From assembly GCA_964345005.1 (NCBI GenBank), contig CAYFPQ010000001.1:38751-102750 (forward strand): a stretch of DNA of 64,000 nucleotides, written 5' to 3'. This DNA is from an uncultured Victivallales bacterium (lineage in GTDB: Bacteria; Verrucomicrobiota; Kiritimatiellia; UBA8416; JABMPJ01). The notes below the pieces were generated by a model that had not been told where the DNA came from, did not search any database, and saw nothing but the letters and a program-made list of their open reading frames with translations. Below, piece after piece: positions 49,771-59,659 of this stretch. A program made the translations under genes and the position numbers. Positions within the stretch are counted from its first letter, which is position 1; every line of letters begins with the position of its first letter.

Positions 49771-51248
49771 TTGGGGACTGTATTGTGAAGAAAAATCTAC
49801 CGGAAATCGTCTTTTCATCGTCCGACAGCACCCGCTCCAAGCAGATAAGCCGGCTTGTGCAGGCGGGCCGCCTGCTAAAGATTGCGCCCAGAGTCTACAC
49901 ATCCAACCTCTCTGACACAGCCGACCGAATTGTGCAGCGCAACCTCTACCCGATCCTCGGGCACCGGTTCCCTGGAGCCTTGATCAGCCATAGATCAGCT
50001 CTTGAGGGGCGCCCCACCGATACAGGCGAGATCTTCCTTACCTATTCCTATACCAGGCAGATTGGGCTGCCGGGTGTTCGCGTTCATCTGTTGAAAGGGA
50101 CCGGGCCGACCTCGGACGATCTACCTTTCATGAACGGACTGTTCATCTCGTCGCGCCCGCGGGCATTGCTCGAGAACCTGCAGACGGCCCGCAGCCGGAT
50201 AGGTGCCCCCAAGACACTCGGGAGAGCGGAGATTGAGCGGCGGCTGGACCGTATTTGTCAGGCGCAAGGGGAGCAGGCTCTCAACACCATCCGCGATGCA
50301 GCTCGAAAGCTCTCGACGGAGCTTGGAATGGAGGCGCAATACAAAGCGCTGGACGGCATGATCGGTGCGATTCTGCGAACACGTCCCGCAGCGTCGCTTC
50401 TTTTGCCCGAAGCACGAGCCCGGTCCATGGGGTTTCCTTACGATGCCATGCGCCTGGACATCTTCAACGCTCTTTTCTCAGCACTCATGCAGGCCGATCT
50501 TCCCGTGCGCAGGGAGACGCGCCGGTCGAACGCCGAAACGCAGCACCTGGCGTTCTTCGAGGCTTACTTCTCGAACTACATCGAGGGTACGGAGTTCGAG
50601 ATCGACGAGGCATACGGGATCATTTTCGAAAACAAGATCCCCGGCAATCGACCGGAGGATGCGTACGATGTGATGGGCACGTTTCGCGTGGCGGTTGCGC
50701 TGGATGCAGAGTCGGGCCCTCCGGCATCTTTCGGTGATTTCGTTCAGCAGCTACAGTCTCGGCATCATGATGTCATGGAAGCGCGCCCCGACAGGTTTCC
50801 CGGCGAATTCAAGCTGGAGGTGAACCGCGCCGGACGAACGGTTTTCGTCGAGCCTGAACTCGTGCAGGGAACCCTGCTGAAGGGATTCGAGATGTTGGCT
50901 GCTGTCGAACCAGGATTGCCGCGCGCAATCCTGATCATGTTCCTGGTCGCCGAGGTCCACCCTTTTCTGGACGGCAACGGACGTCTGGCACGTCTCATGA
51001 TGAATGCCGAGCTGGTGCAGGCAGGGCTCAGCCGCATCATTCTGCCTACCGTCTTTCGAGACGACTATCTTCTCGCGTTGCGCGCTCTCTCTCGTTCGCA
51101 TAATCCAGATCCGCTCTTGAAGGCGATGGATTATCTCCAGGAGTACACCAGTCGCCTCCCCATGTTCTCCTACCCGGAAGCGATGCGCGCTCTGACAGGC
51201 AGCAACGCTTTCGCCGAGCCCGAAACGGCACGCCTGAGGATGCTGTAG
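49755..51248 (+). CDS. Fic family protein with long N-terminal domain (AbiEi-antitoxin-like N-terminal segment by inference)
   Basis: Fic motif 'HPFLDGNGRLARL' near the C-terminus. The N-terminal 'ISRLVQAGRLLKIAPRVYT' resembles the AbiEi_4-type wHTH. The track start is a GTG; the true start may be downstream. Confidence 0.75.
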   Translation: MTSFGLGDCIVKKNLPEIVFSSSDSTRSKQISRLVQAGRLLKIAPRVYTSNLSDTADRIVQRNLYPILGHRFPGALISHRSALEGRPTDTGEIFLTYSYTRQIGLPGVRVHLLKGTGPTSDDLPFMNGLFISSRPRALLENLQTARSRIGAPKTLGRAEIERRLDRICQAQGEQALNTIRDAARKLSTELGMEAQYKALDGMIGAILRTRPAASLLLPEARARSMGFPYDAMRLDIFNALFSALMQADLPVRRETRRSNAETQHLAFFEAYFSNYIEGTEFEIDEAYGIIFENKIPGNRPEDAYDVMGTFRVAVALDAESGPPASFGDFVQQLQSRHHDVMEARPDRFPGEFKLEVNRAGRTVFVEPELVQGTLLKGFEMLAAVEPGLPRAILIMFLVAEVHPFLDGNGRLARLMMNAELVQAGLSRIILPTVFRDDYLLALRALSRSHNPDPLLKAMDYLQEYTSRLPMFSYPEAMRALTGSNAFAEPETARLRML

Positions 51249-51332
51249 AACGCGATCCACCATTCAGGCTGAAACTCAGGAGCGTCTTCTACGCTCGCCC
51301 ATGCCTAACTTGTTTGGCATTGTCCTTTCTCA

Positions 51333-52355
51333 ATGAAGCCGCTCATCTACAGCTTGAACCCGTCGGAGCTTGAGGCGATTTGTGCCGAGCTCGACCAGCC
51401 TCGGTTTCGCGCCGGACAGATATGGCGCTGGCTGTATGTGCAGCGCGTATCGGACTGGGCGGGGATGCGCAACATCCCCGGCGAACTGCGCACCGCGCTG
51501 GCAGACATGTTTGCGCTGCCGGCGGCGGAAGCGCTCGAGATCCAGGGACGGGAGAACGAGACGCGCAAGCTGCTTATTGGTCTTGAGGACGGAGAGTGTG
51601 TGGAGGCGGTTATGATCCCCGCGGCCGACCGCCGAACGCTCTGTCTGTCTTCACAGGTCGGCTGCCGCTTCCATTGCACGTTTTGCGCCAGTGGACAGGG
51701 CGGGTTCCAGCGTCAACTCAGCAGCGGGGAGATTGTGCAACAGGTGATCCTCGCCTCGCGCCTCTGGGGCGAGCGTCCCACGCATGTTGTCTACATGGGG
51801 GTGGGGGAGCCGTTCGATAACTACGATGAGGTCCTGAAGTCGGTCCGAATACTGAACGACGCCGATGGTCTCGGTATCGGCGCGCGCCGCATCACGATCA
51901 GCACATGCGGCGTGGTACCCGGCATCGCGCGACTGGCCGGGGAGTCCATCCAGATTGAACTGTCAGTTTCACTGCATGCGCCGAACGATGCGGTCCGCTC
52001 TGTGCTAATGCCGGTCAATAAGACCTGGCCAATGGCGACCTTACTCGAGACATGCCATGCGTATGCGAAGCAAACGCGCCGTATCGTCACATTCGAGTAC
52101 ACGCTCATCGGAGGAGTCAACGACAGCGAGAATCACGCCCGCGAACTGGCTACACGCCTTGAGGGGCTCCCCTGTCGCGTCAACCTTATCCCGCTGAGTG
52201 ATGTGCCCGAGTTCGATGGAAGACCGTCGTCGCCCGCGGTAGCCGATCTCTTCATCCGGACGCTCGCCGCCCGCCATATCAACGCCACGTTACGTGCTTC
52301 CAAGGGGTCTCGTCTGAAGGCGGCTTGCGGTCAGCTCCGGTCTCAACACCGCTAG
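51333..52355 (+). CDS. rlmN: 23S rRNA (adenine2503-C2)-methyltransferase RlmN (radical SAM)
   Basis: 'SSQVGCRFHCTFCASG' radical-SAM cluster. C-terminal Cys 'AACGQL'. Confidence 0.9.
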   Translation: MKPLIYSLNPSELEAICAELDQPRFRAGQIWRWLYVQRVSDWAGMRNIPGELRTALADMFALPAAEALEIQGRENETRKLLIGLEDGECVEAVMIPAADRRTLCLSSQVGCRFHCTFCASGQGGFQRQLSSGEIVQQVILASRLWGERPTHVVYMGVGEPFDNYDEVLKSVRILNDADGLGIGARRITISTCGVVPGIARLAGESIQIELSVSLHAPNDAVRSVLMPVNKTWPMATLLETCHAYAKQTRRIVTFEYTLIGGVNDSENHARELATRLEGLPCRVNLIPLSDVPEFDGRPSSPAVADLFIRTLAARHINATLRASKGSRLKAACGQLRSQHR

Positions 52356-53527
52356 TGTTGTGTGATGCATTCGGCGGCTTCGATGGCCTGTTGTTCCAGT
52401 GCAGCAACATCGAGATTTGCCTCGTCCGCCTCCATGTTCGCGATCTTCGCACGCGTTTCCGGGTGCTTGGGCAGGAAGACCGAACAGCAGTCCTGTGCCT
52501 CTTCGATACTGGTCTCGTAGGTCCCGATCTGGCGGGCGACACCGATGATCTGGACCTTATCCATGCAGAGGAGAGGACGATAGACGGGGGCTGCCACCGT
52601 TGTGTCGACGGCCCGCAGGTTCTCAAGTGTCTGGGAGGCCACCTGTCCAATGTTCTCCCCGGTCACCAATCCGAGGCAGCGGTGCTTGCGCATGAGTCTT
52701 TCAGCAATGCGGTACATGAAGCGGCGGTAGAGCACCACGCGGTTACGCGGTTCACAGCGGTCCCGAATGGCCACTTGAATGTTCGAGAAGGGCACGGCCG
52801 TCAAAGTGGACTTGCCCTGATAATGGGCGAGTTGTTTGGCGAGTCGTTCGACCTTGTCGAACGCACCACGCCCCAGAAAAGTGCGGTTTTCGAAGAATAC
52901 ATGGTGTGTCTTGCAGCCGCGTCGAATCATCTGCCATGCTGCGACGGGGCTGTCGATACCCCCGCTCAGAAGGCACATCACATTGCCGCCCGTGCCCACC
53001 GGCAGTCCGCCCACGCCCGGCTCGACGACCAGGTAGACCGCCGCGAAGTCGCCGTGTATCTCGATATGCAGGTTCAGTTCCGGGTCGGTGAGATTGACCG
53101 AGAGCAGACCGTCTGGACTGTTGCCGAGAATGTGAGCACCCAATTCCCGGCTGACCTCCTCGCTGCGCATCGGGTAACGTTTGTCAGCGCGGCGGGTCGA
53201 CACCCGGAACCGTGCCGGGCTCTCGCCCGACCACGCGGCGCGAAAGGTCTCCAGTCCCTGTTCCTTCAGTGTGTCGATGTTGTTCGGGCAACGGCGGGCA
53301 AGGCTGAAGCTCTGGATGCCCGGTAAGAGTTGCAGCTCGCCCCGAATCTTCTCGCGATGAGCGGGGGCGTCATCGATCCAGAGGCGACCGTGTGTCCGCG
53401 TAACGGCGGGAGCACCGCACGAGGCCAGGCGCCGCTTGATATCGCGTACCAGCGCCTGCTCGAAAAACGCGCGATTGCCGCCCTTCAGCGCAATCTCCGC
53501 GTAACGCACTATCCAGATGTTTGTCAT
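52352..53527 (-). CDS. thiI: tRNA 4-thiouridine synthase ThiI (THUMP + PP-loop ATPase)
   Basis: 'IWIVRYAEIALKGGNR' THUMP N-terminus. PP-loop 'LLSGGIDSPVAAW'. Start set at 'MTNIWIV'. Confidence 0.85.
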   Translation of the reverse strand: MTNIWIVRYAEIALKGGNRAFFEQALVRDIKRRLASCGAPAVTRTHGRLWIDDAPAHREKIRGELQLLPGIQSFSLARRCPNNIDTLKEQGLETFRAAWSGESPARFRVSTRRADKRYPMRSEEVSRELGAHILGNSPDGLLSVNLTDPELNLHIEIHGDFAAVYLVVEPGVGGLPVGTGGNVMCLLSGGIDSPVAAWQMIRRGCKTHHVFFENRTFLGRGAFDKVERLAKQLAHYQGKSTLTAVPFSNIQVAIRDRCEPRNRVVLYRRFMYRIAERLMRKHRCLGLVTGENIGQVASQTLENLRAVDTTVAAPVYRPLLCMDKVQIIGVARQIGTYETSIEEAQDCCSVFLPKHPETRAKIANMEADEANLDVAALEQQAIEAAECITQH

Positions 53528-53608
53528 AGGGGAAGAGAGTAACCGCGAAAGAGCGCAAAGAACACAAAGAAGGATCACTGTGCTGATAACCCCCGATCCT
53601 CTGCAATC

Positions 53609-53702
53609 GGCGGCTCGCTGGGGACAGCTCGCCCTACCTCACCATCGGTTGAGATGCACCCATGATCAGGTAGGGCGAGCTGTCCCCAGCGAGCCGGGGT
53701 TC
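53609..53702. repeat. REP-like perfect hairpin (28-bp arms GGCTCGCTGGGGACAGCTCGCCCTACCT / AGGTAGGGCGAGCTGTCCCCAGCGAGCC, ~34-nt loop)
   Basis: Perfect inverted repeat in the intergenic region between the thiI start and the cysteine desulfurase stop. Confidence 0.75.
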
Positions 53703-53716
53703 AACAGGGGTGATGA

Positions 53717-54838
53717 TCAAGCACTGAAAAAACGTTTCAGCTCGCGCCATTGCTCGACGAGTGCTCGCCACGCAGCGTCGAGCTGGGCCTGGTCTTGGCC
53801 GGGAAACGTGCTCCAGCGCACTGTGCACCGACTGGCTTTAGCATCCATTCCCAGTGCCTTGTTGATGGGCGAGAGACTCTTCTTGGCGGAACTGCAGGCG
53901 CTTCCCGTCCCGAGAAAGATCCCCTTCTCCTCGAGGTGGTGCTGCAGCACTTCCCCTTCAACCGGTGCCACGTTGAGCATGGTGATGCAGGGAGAATAGG
54001 TGCCCTCCGGCGATTGTATTGGCTGCGGTACTCCCCCATCGTCGATTGGCTCGAATGCGTAGGGCTCGGCTTGCTGTTCGGAAATCACATTCAGCGCGTT
54101 GCAGAAAGCTCGAATCAATGGAACTGCTACCGTGCCGGGGCGCCAGCCCCTTTCCTGCCCGCCGCCCCGTGTCAATGGCACAAACTTCAGCGAGGGCCTC
54201 AGCACCATGCCTCCAATCCCGACCGGGGCGCCGATCTTGTGTCCCGCGAATGTGAATACGGCCAGGTGAGTCATGTCCGGCGGAGGCAGCTTGCCAAGGC
54301 CTTGGGCTCCGTCGACCAGGACGCAGACATTTGGGTTACGGACAACGGCCTCGGCAGCAATCTCTGCTACTGGCTGCACAAAACCGGCTTCATTATTGAC
54401 CCACTCGATGACGACAACATCCGGTACTGGCAGATGCGCAAGTGACCCGGTGTCAACAGCGCCGCCGCCGTCGAGAGGCATTGGGACGATCTGCCACGAG
54501 TCGTCGAGGGCGTTCACCGGTCCGGCAAGACTCGGGTGTGTTGTAGCCGAGTTCCAGAGAACGCCGCCAGCCGCAAACTGGCCGCAGCAGGCATGAATAC
54601 CGATGTTGTTGGACTCTGTACCACCGGAGGTGAAGATCACTTCGTCAGGATCGCATCCCAGGTACCTCGCAACCTGTTTGCGACATGCATCCAGCGCCTT
54701 GCGGGCCGTCAGCCCCAGCTCGTAACGTGTCCCCGCGTTCCAGCCCAGCTCCTGCAAATCGCGCGCCAACTGGTCAGCAACTTCGGCGCAGACCGGTGAT
54801 GTGGCTGCATGGTCGAGATACGTGATTTCCTCTGGCAT
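53717..54838 (-). CDS. cysteine desulfurase (class V aminotransferase, NifS/IscS-like)
   Basis: 'YLDHAATSP' N-terminus. PLP Lys region 'AGHKIGAPVGIGGMV'. Start set at ATG 54838 ('MPEEITYLDHAA'). Confidence 0.85.
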   Translation of the reverse strand: MPEEITYLDHAATSPVCAEVADQLARDLQELGWNAGTRYELGLTARKALDACRKQVARYLGCDPDEVIFTSGGTESNNIGIHACCGQFAAGGVLWNSATTHPSLAGPVNALDDSWQIVPMPLDGGGAVDTGSLAHLPVPDVVVIEWVNNEAGFVQPVAEIAAEAVVRNPNVCVLVDGAQGLGKLPPPDMTHLAVFTFAGHKIGAPVGIGGMVLRPSLKFVPLTRGGGQERGWRPGTVAVPLIRAFCNALNVISEQQAEPYAFEPIDDGGVPQPIQSPEGTYSPCITMLNVAPVEGEVLQHHLEEKGIFLGTGSACSSAKKSLSPINKALGMDAKASRCTVRWSTFPGQDQAQLDAAWRALVEQWRELKRFFSA

Positions 54839-54899
54839 GGAGAGAAGTATGACACACCCCTCCAAGTCCGTGAACCGTTTTCAGATTCAGCATACCGGG

Positions 54900-54960
54900 T
54901 TGCGATCTTCGATTCTCTGGTTGGGTATTGGATATTGGGTTCCCTTTCGCTATAACACCG
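54900..54960. repeat. half-copy (right-arm-like) of the MITE family (…TTGGGTATTGGATATTGGGTTCC…)
   Basis: Similarity to MITE arm 'ttggctgttggatattgagattcc'. Lies just upstream of the debranching-enzyme start. Confidence 0.4.
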
Positions 54961-54962
54961 CC

Positions 54963-57900
54963 ATGCCAGTCGCCCAAACTCCAAGAGCTGGATCACGATT
55001 TCGCCTCTTTCGCGGCGATACGGTCACGTTCACGCTGACGTGTCACCCGGGCTGCGAAGGGGCTGCGTACCTGCGTACGAATATCGGTTGGGCGGCCGTT
55101 CGCCGGCAGGAGATCATATCGTTCGTAGAAGAACAGACTCCCGTTCTCGACCGCGACTGGCACGATGTACCGATGCGGCAGGTGGGGTCGAACCGCTGGG
55201 AACTGTCTCTTGGTTTATGCGAGGTCGGGCGGTTCGAAGCAAAACCATACCTGCTGCCGGGTCCCGGCCAGCAGCCGGTGTGGGACCATGGCGAGAATGT
55301 CGTCATTAAGGTTGAGCCGGCCGAGACGGTCTGCGGCAACTCGGTCTACAGCGCGTTCGTGCGCCAGTTCGGCCCGAACCGCACGTCAGGGGCTGTGTCC
55401 GAGGAACAGGACGCGGCGGCCGCGACACTGGACAAGGATGGGTTCACAGTCATTCCGCGTTCCGGTACCTTCCGCGAGTTGATCCAGGAGCTCGACCATA
55501 TCATCGGTACGCTGGGTTTTCGAACACTTCACCTCTTGCCGGTTCATCCTGTGCCCACGACCTACGCGCGGATGGGACGGTTCGGGAGTCCGTTCGCACC
55601 GCTCGACTTCATGGATGTGGATCCGGCGATGGCCGAGTTCGATCGACGCACCACGCCGCTTGACCAATACATCGAGTTGATCGATGCGATCCATGCGCGC
55701 GGCGGACGCCTGCTCATGGATATTCCAGCCAACCACACCGGCTGGGCATCTCACCTGCAGAACGAGCATCCGGAATGGTTTGCCCGCCACCATGACAGCA
55801 GCTTCCGCTCTCCCGGGGCGTGGGGCGTTACGTGGGAAGACCTTTCGGAGCTGGACTATGGGACAGGAAAGGCGCTGTGGGAGGCCATGGCAGATGTGTT
55901 CCTGCGCTGGTGTCGTCTTGGCGTCGACGGTTTCCGCTGCGATGCCGGCTATATGGTGCCCTACGACGTGTGGAACTACATCATCTCCAGAGTTCGTGCG
56001 CAGTTCCCCGACACAATCTTCCTGTTGGAGGGACTCGGTGGACCGCGGGCAGCGACCGAACAGCTTCTCGATGGCGCCAACATGAACTGGGCCTACTCCG
56101 AGCTGTTTCAGAGCTACTCGTCTCGCCAGGTGGAGGCGGAAGTCATGGGCGGGGCACGGATGGCCGATACGCGCGGGCTGATGGTGCATTACGCTGAGAC
56201 GCACGACAACACCCGCATGGCCGCCAGCTCCCCGGCCTATTCCCGCATGCGTACTGCCTTGACGGCCCTGACCTCAACAGAGGGTGCGTTCGGCATCACG
56301 GCAGGTGTCGAGTGGTTTGCCACTGAACGCGTCGATGTGCATGGAGCCCCATCGCTCAACTGGGGAAGCAGTGAAAACCAGGTGACGGAAGTGGGACGCC
56401 TCAACGGGCTCCTGGCCACGCATCCGGCCTTTGGCCCGGGCACCGAATTCGAGTGGGTTTCCCAAGCTGACGGGCACACCGTGGCTGTGCTGCGGAGTCG
56501 TCGGGATGGCGAGTGCGTCCTGGTGCTTGCGAATCTGGACTGCGACCACCAGCGCCACGTCCAGTGGGCGCGCACGCGTTTTGAGGTGGACGGAGACGTG
56601 GTCGACCTGCTCTCGGGCCACACCGTGGTACCGGCAGAAGAGGGCAACCACTACCGCATAACGCTTGAACCAGCCGCCGTCCTCTGTCTTGGATGTGAGC
56701 AGGCCGCGAACGGTCCCGCAGACGAGCCGGCTGCCGTCCTTCGGCAGCGCGCACGCGCGGCTGTCCTCGAGCTGTATACCACGATCACCGGCTGCGGCGA
56801 TGTGGGTGATCTCGATCTGGACGATGCGACAAGCTGCTATCTGGCCGATCCGGTAGCCTACTGGCGGACGCTCTCGCCGTATGGTTCGTTTGCACTGACG
56901 ACATGGCAGTGGCCACAGGACCTCTCCCGCGATGTCATGTGGCCGGATGGGCACGCGCTGCTTGTGCAGTGTGAACACCCGTTCCGGATCGACCTGGCGG
57001 AGGGTGGGGCGGTTACCTATCGCGCCCGCAGCTTTGAAATCGAGAGGGGTCACGTGGTACTGATTCCGCCGCGCGCGACTCCCGACGACCATGCCATCCG
57101 CCGTGCCGTGCTGTATCTCCGCGTGCACGACCCGAAAGGAACACAGCGTGGGGAGGACACCCTTCTGCTTCTCCCTTCCGCCAGCCTGGCGCCGGCAACG
57201 ACCGTGGACGGGGCCGTGGCGGTTGAACGTCGCTGCTACGCGCTCTGCACGAACGGCCGGGGCGCGATGGCGCAGGTGCGAGGCGCCTGGGGCGAACTCG
57301 AAAGCCAGTACGATGCGCTTCTTGCGGGGAACTGTCATCCCGGCTACCCGGTCGATCGGCAGGTGATGCTCACGCGTTGTCGTGTGTGGGTGGTCTACCA
57401 GGGCTACTACCAGGAATTGGGCCGTACCTGTTTGCGCTCGTTCGGGCAGCAGCCGGATGGCGAAGTGCGGTGGCGGTTCGATGTTCCGGTGGGGCGAGGG
57501 AAGGTTATGGCGCTTGACGTTGCGTTGCGGATGTTGCGCGGGGAGAACGCCGTTGAGCTGGTATTTTCCCGGATCGAAGAAGCGTGGGGCGAGGGTGTGT
57601 TGTCCGGAGATGAGCCCGTACGCCTGGTCATCAGGCCGGACGTTGAGGATCGCATCAACCATGGCAAGACCAAGGCGTTTGCCGGGCCGGAAGCTCACTG
57701 GCCGCAAGCAGTCGAACGTACGAGAGAGGGTTTCCTGTTCCGGCCGGACAAACAGCGCGCCCTGCGCGTAGCCGTGTCGGAAGGACGCTTCCAGTGGGAG
57801 CCCGAGTGGACTTACATGGTTCATCATCAGCACGAAGCCGACCGGGGGCTTGATGCCGTTTCCGATCTGTTCAGTCCTGGGTATCTGGACTGCGAACTGA

Positions 57901-59192
57901 CCGGAGGCGAGTCGACGATGCTTCGGGCGTCGATCGAGGGCCCGAAGCGTCCCCACATCGACCCGGTTGATTTGGCCGAACCCGTTGACGCCGACACGGT
58001 CTCGCTGCTCGCGGTACTGCGGAGGGCGATGGACGTCTATGTCGTCCGGCGTGACGATTCGCTGACGGTCATTGCCGGCTACCCGTGGTTTCTTGATTGG
58101 GGGCGCGATACGTTGATCTGCCTGCGCGGCATGATCGCGGCGGGGATGCATGCGGAGTGTCGCGACATTCTGCGGCAGTTCGCCCGGTTCGAGAGGCAGG
58201 GCACGCTGCCGAACATGATCCGGGGCGGCGATGACTCCGACCGCGACACCTCCGATGCGCCGCTCTGGTTCATCGTGTCATGTGAAGACCTTTTCGATAC
58301 CGGCGAGTCCACGTTACTGGATGTGGATTGCGATGGGCGATCGCTCAAGGAGGTCGTCCGTTCGATTGTCGATCACTATCTGAGGGGCACACCGAACGGA
58401 ATTGTTGTGGATGCCGACAGCGGGTTGGTGTTCAGTCCTTCACACTACACCTGGATGGATACGAACCATCCGGCCGGTACCCCGCGCGAAGGGTACCCCG
58501 TTGAGATACAGGCGCTCTGGTACCGTGCACTCTCGTTCGTGGCGAGGATCGATGACGATGCGGAACTGGCGGAGCTGGCGAAGCATGTACAGGCGTCGAT
58601 CGCTTCCCACTATGTCCGCGCCGACGGATCGGGCCTCGCCGATTGCCTGCACGCGGCTCCCGGCATTCCCGCGGCAGCTGCCGTTGCCGACGACCATGTG
58701 CGCTCCAATCAGCTTTTGGCCGTGACGCTCGGCGCCATTACCTCTCCAGACGACTGTATGGCGGTCTTGCATGCCTGCGAGCAGCTCCTGGTGCCGGGTG
58801 CTATCCGCAGCCTGGCGGATCGTCCCGTTGAGCATGCGTTGCCGGTCCGCCGGGAAGGCGAACTACTCAACGACCCGCACCGCCCCTACCAGGGCCAGTA
58901 CCGCGGGGATGAGGACACACGGCGTAAACCGGCCTACCATAACGGAACGGCTTGGACGTGGCCGTTCCCCTCCTACTGCGAGGCGCTGGTCCAGATCCAT
59001 GGACCAGCCGCGCGTGACACGGCCCTGGCGCTGCTGCGGAGCAGTGAGGTGCTGCTCGGCCGGGGTTGCATTGGGCAGATTCCAGAAATCCTTGATGGCG
59101 ACGCCCCGCACATGGATCGAGGGTGTGGAGCCCAGGCCTGGGGCGTCACAGAGCTCTATCGTGTGCTTGCACTTCTGCAGCGAAACTCATAG
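54963..59192 (+). CDS. eukaryote-type two-domain glycogen debranching enzyme (N-terminal GH13-like 4-alpha-glucanotransferase + C-terminal amylo-alpha-1,6-glucosidase/GDE_C)
   Basis: N-terminal GH13 catalytic motifs 'LLMDIPANHTGWAS', 'GVDGFRCDAGYMVP', 'LLEGLG'. C-terminal six-hairpin glucosidase motifs 'GYPWFLDWGRDTLI', 'HYTWMDTNHPAGTPREGYPVEIQALWY'. 1,409 aa from ATG 54963. Confidence 0.8.
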   Translation: MPVAQTPRAGSRFRLFRGDTVTFTLTCHPGCEGAAYLRTNIGWAAVRRQEIISFVEEQTPVLDRDWHDVPMRQVGSNRWELSLGLCEVGRFEAKPYLLPGPGQQPVWDHGENVVIKVEPAETVCGNSVYSAFVRQFGPNRTSGAVSEEQDAAAATLDKDGFTVIPRSGTFRELIQELDHIIGTLGFRTLHLLPVHPVPTTYARMGRFGSPFAPLDFMDVDPAMAEFDRRTTPLDQYIELIDAIHARGGRLLMDIPANHTGWASHLQNEHPEWFARHHDSSFRSPGAWGVTWEDLSELDYGTGKALWEAMADVFLRWCRLGVDGFRCDAGYMVPYDVWNYIISRVRAQFPDTIFLLEGLGGPRAATEQLLDGANMNWAYSELFQSYSSRQVEAEVMGGARMADTRGLMVHYAETHDNTRMAASSPAYSRMRTALTALTSTEGAFGITAGVEWFATERVDVHGAPSLNWGSSENQVTEVGRLNGLLATHPAFGPGTEFEWVSQADGHTVAVLRSRRDGECVLVLANLDCDHQRHVQWARTRFEVDGDVVDLLSGHTVVPAEEGNHYRITLEPAAVLCLGCEQAANGPADEPAAVLRQRARAAVLELYTTITGCGDVGDLDLDDATSCYLADPVAYWRTLSPYGSFALTTWQWPQDLSRDVMWPDGHALLVQCEHPFRIDLAEGGAVTYRARSFEIERGHVVLIPPRATPDDHAIRRAVLYLRVHDPKGTQRGEDTLLLLPSASLAPATTVDGAVAVERRCYALCTNGRGAMAQVRGAWGELESQYDALLAGNCHPGYPVDRQVMLTRCRVWVVYQGYYQELGRTCLRSFGQQPDGEVRWRFDVPVGRGKVMALDVALRMLRGENAVELVFSRIEEAWGEGVLSGDEPVRLVIRPDVEDRINHGKTKAFAGPEAHWPQAVERTREGFLFRPDKQRALRVAVSEGRFQWEPEWTYMVHHQHEADRGLDAVSDLFSPGYLDCELTGGESTMLRASIEGPKRPHIDPVDLAEPVDADTVSLLAVLRRAMDVYVVRRDDSLTVIAGYPWFLDWGRDTLICLRGMIAAGMHAECRDILRQFARFERQGTLPNMIRGGDDSDRDTSDAPLWFIVSCEDLFDTGESTLLDVDCDGRSLKEVVRSIVDHYLRGTPNGIVVDADSGLVFSPSHYTWMDTNHPAGTPREGYPVEIQALWYRALSFVARIDDDAELAELAKHVQASIASHYVRADGSGLADCLHAAPGIPAAAAVADDHVRSNQLLAVTLGAITSPDDCMAVLHACEQLLVPGAIRSLADRPVEHALPVRREGELLNDPHRPYQGQYRGDEDTRRKPAYHNGTAWTWPFPSYCEALVQIHGPAARDTALALLRSSEVLLGRGCIGQIPEILDGDAPHMDRGCGAQAWGVTELYRVLALLQRNS

Positions 59193-59305
59193 AGTCGCTC
59201 CACATCTTGAATGAATTGGATTGCCTCCGTACTGCCCCGTTTCCTATGGGCGCTGGATCTTGGGCTCAGGGCGGCGAAACCAACAATGTTGGGAGATTCG
59301 TGCGT

Positions 59306-59578
59306 ATGGGTGCACAGGTAAAACGCCGGCGGGTCAAGTTCCAGATCCGCGCCGAAGAGAACAGCAAGGTGTCTATAGCAGGCACCTTCAACGGGTGGAA
59401 TCCGGACAAGCACATTCTCAAGAAGAAGGGCGACATGTTCGAACTGAACGTGCTGCTGGAGCCCGGTCAATATCAATACAAGTTTGTTGTGAACGGCATC
59501 TGGTGTGTCGATCCGGAACGTCCGGACTGGTCGCCGAACGAGTATGGTTCACTGAATAGCGTGGTCACAGTAACGTAG
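59306..59578 (+). CDS. small CBM48/AMPK-beta-like glycogen-binding domain protein
   Basis: 'VKFQIRAEENSKVSIAGTFNGWNPDKHILKK..GDMFELNVLLEPGQYQYKFVVNGIWCVDPE' is a classic CBM48/E-set fold signature. Start ambiguous; the track ORF begins at 59123. Confidence 0.6.
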   Translation: MGAQVKRRRVKFQIRAEENSKVSIAGTFNGWNPDKHILKKKGDMFELNVLLEPGQYQYKFVVNGIWCVDPERPDWSPNEYGSLNSVVTVT

Positions 59579-59659
59579 TCCATCCCCTCCACGAACGTGG
59601 CGTGCCAGACTGCCGGTCATCCAGTGACTTCCATTGCAAGATAGAAAGAGTCTTACTCA

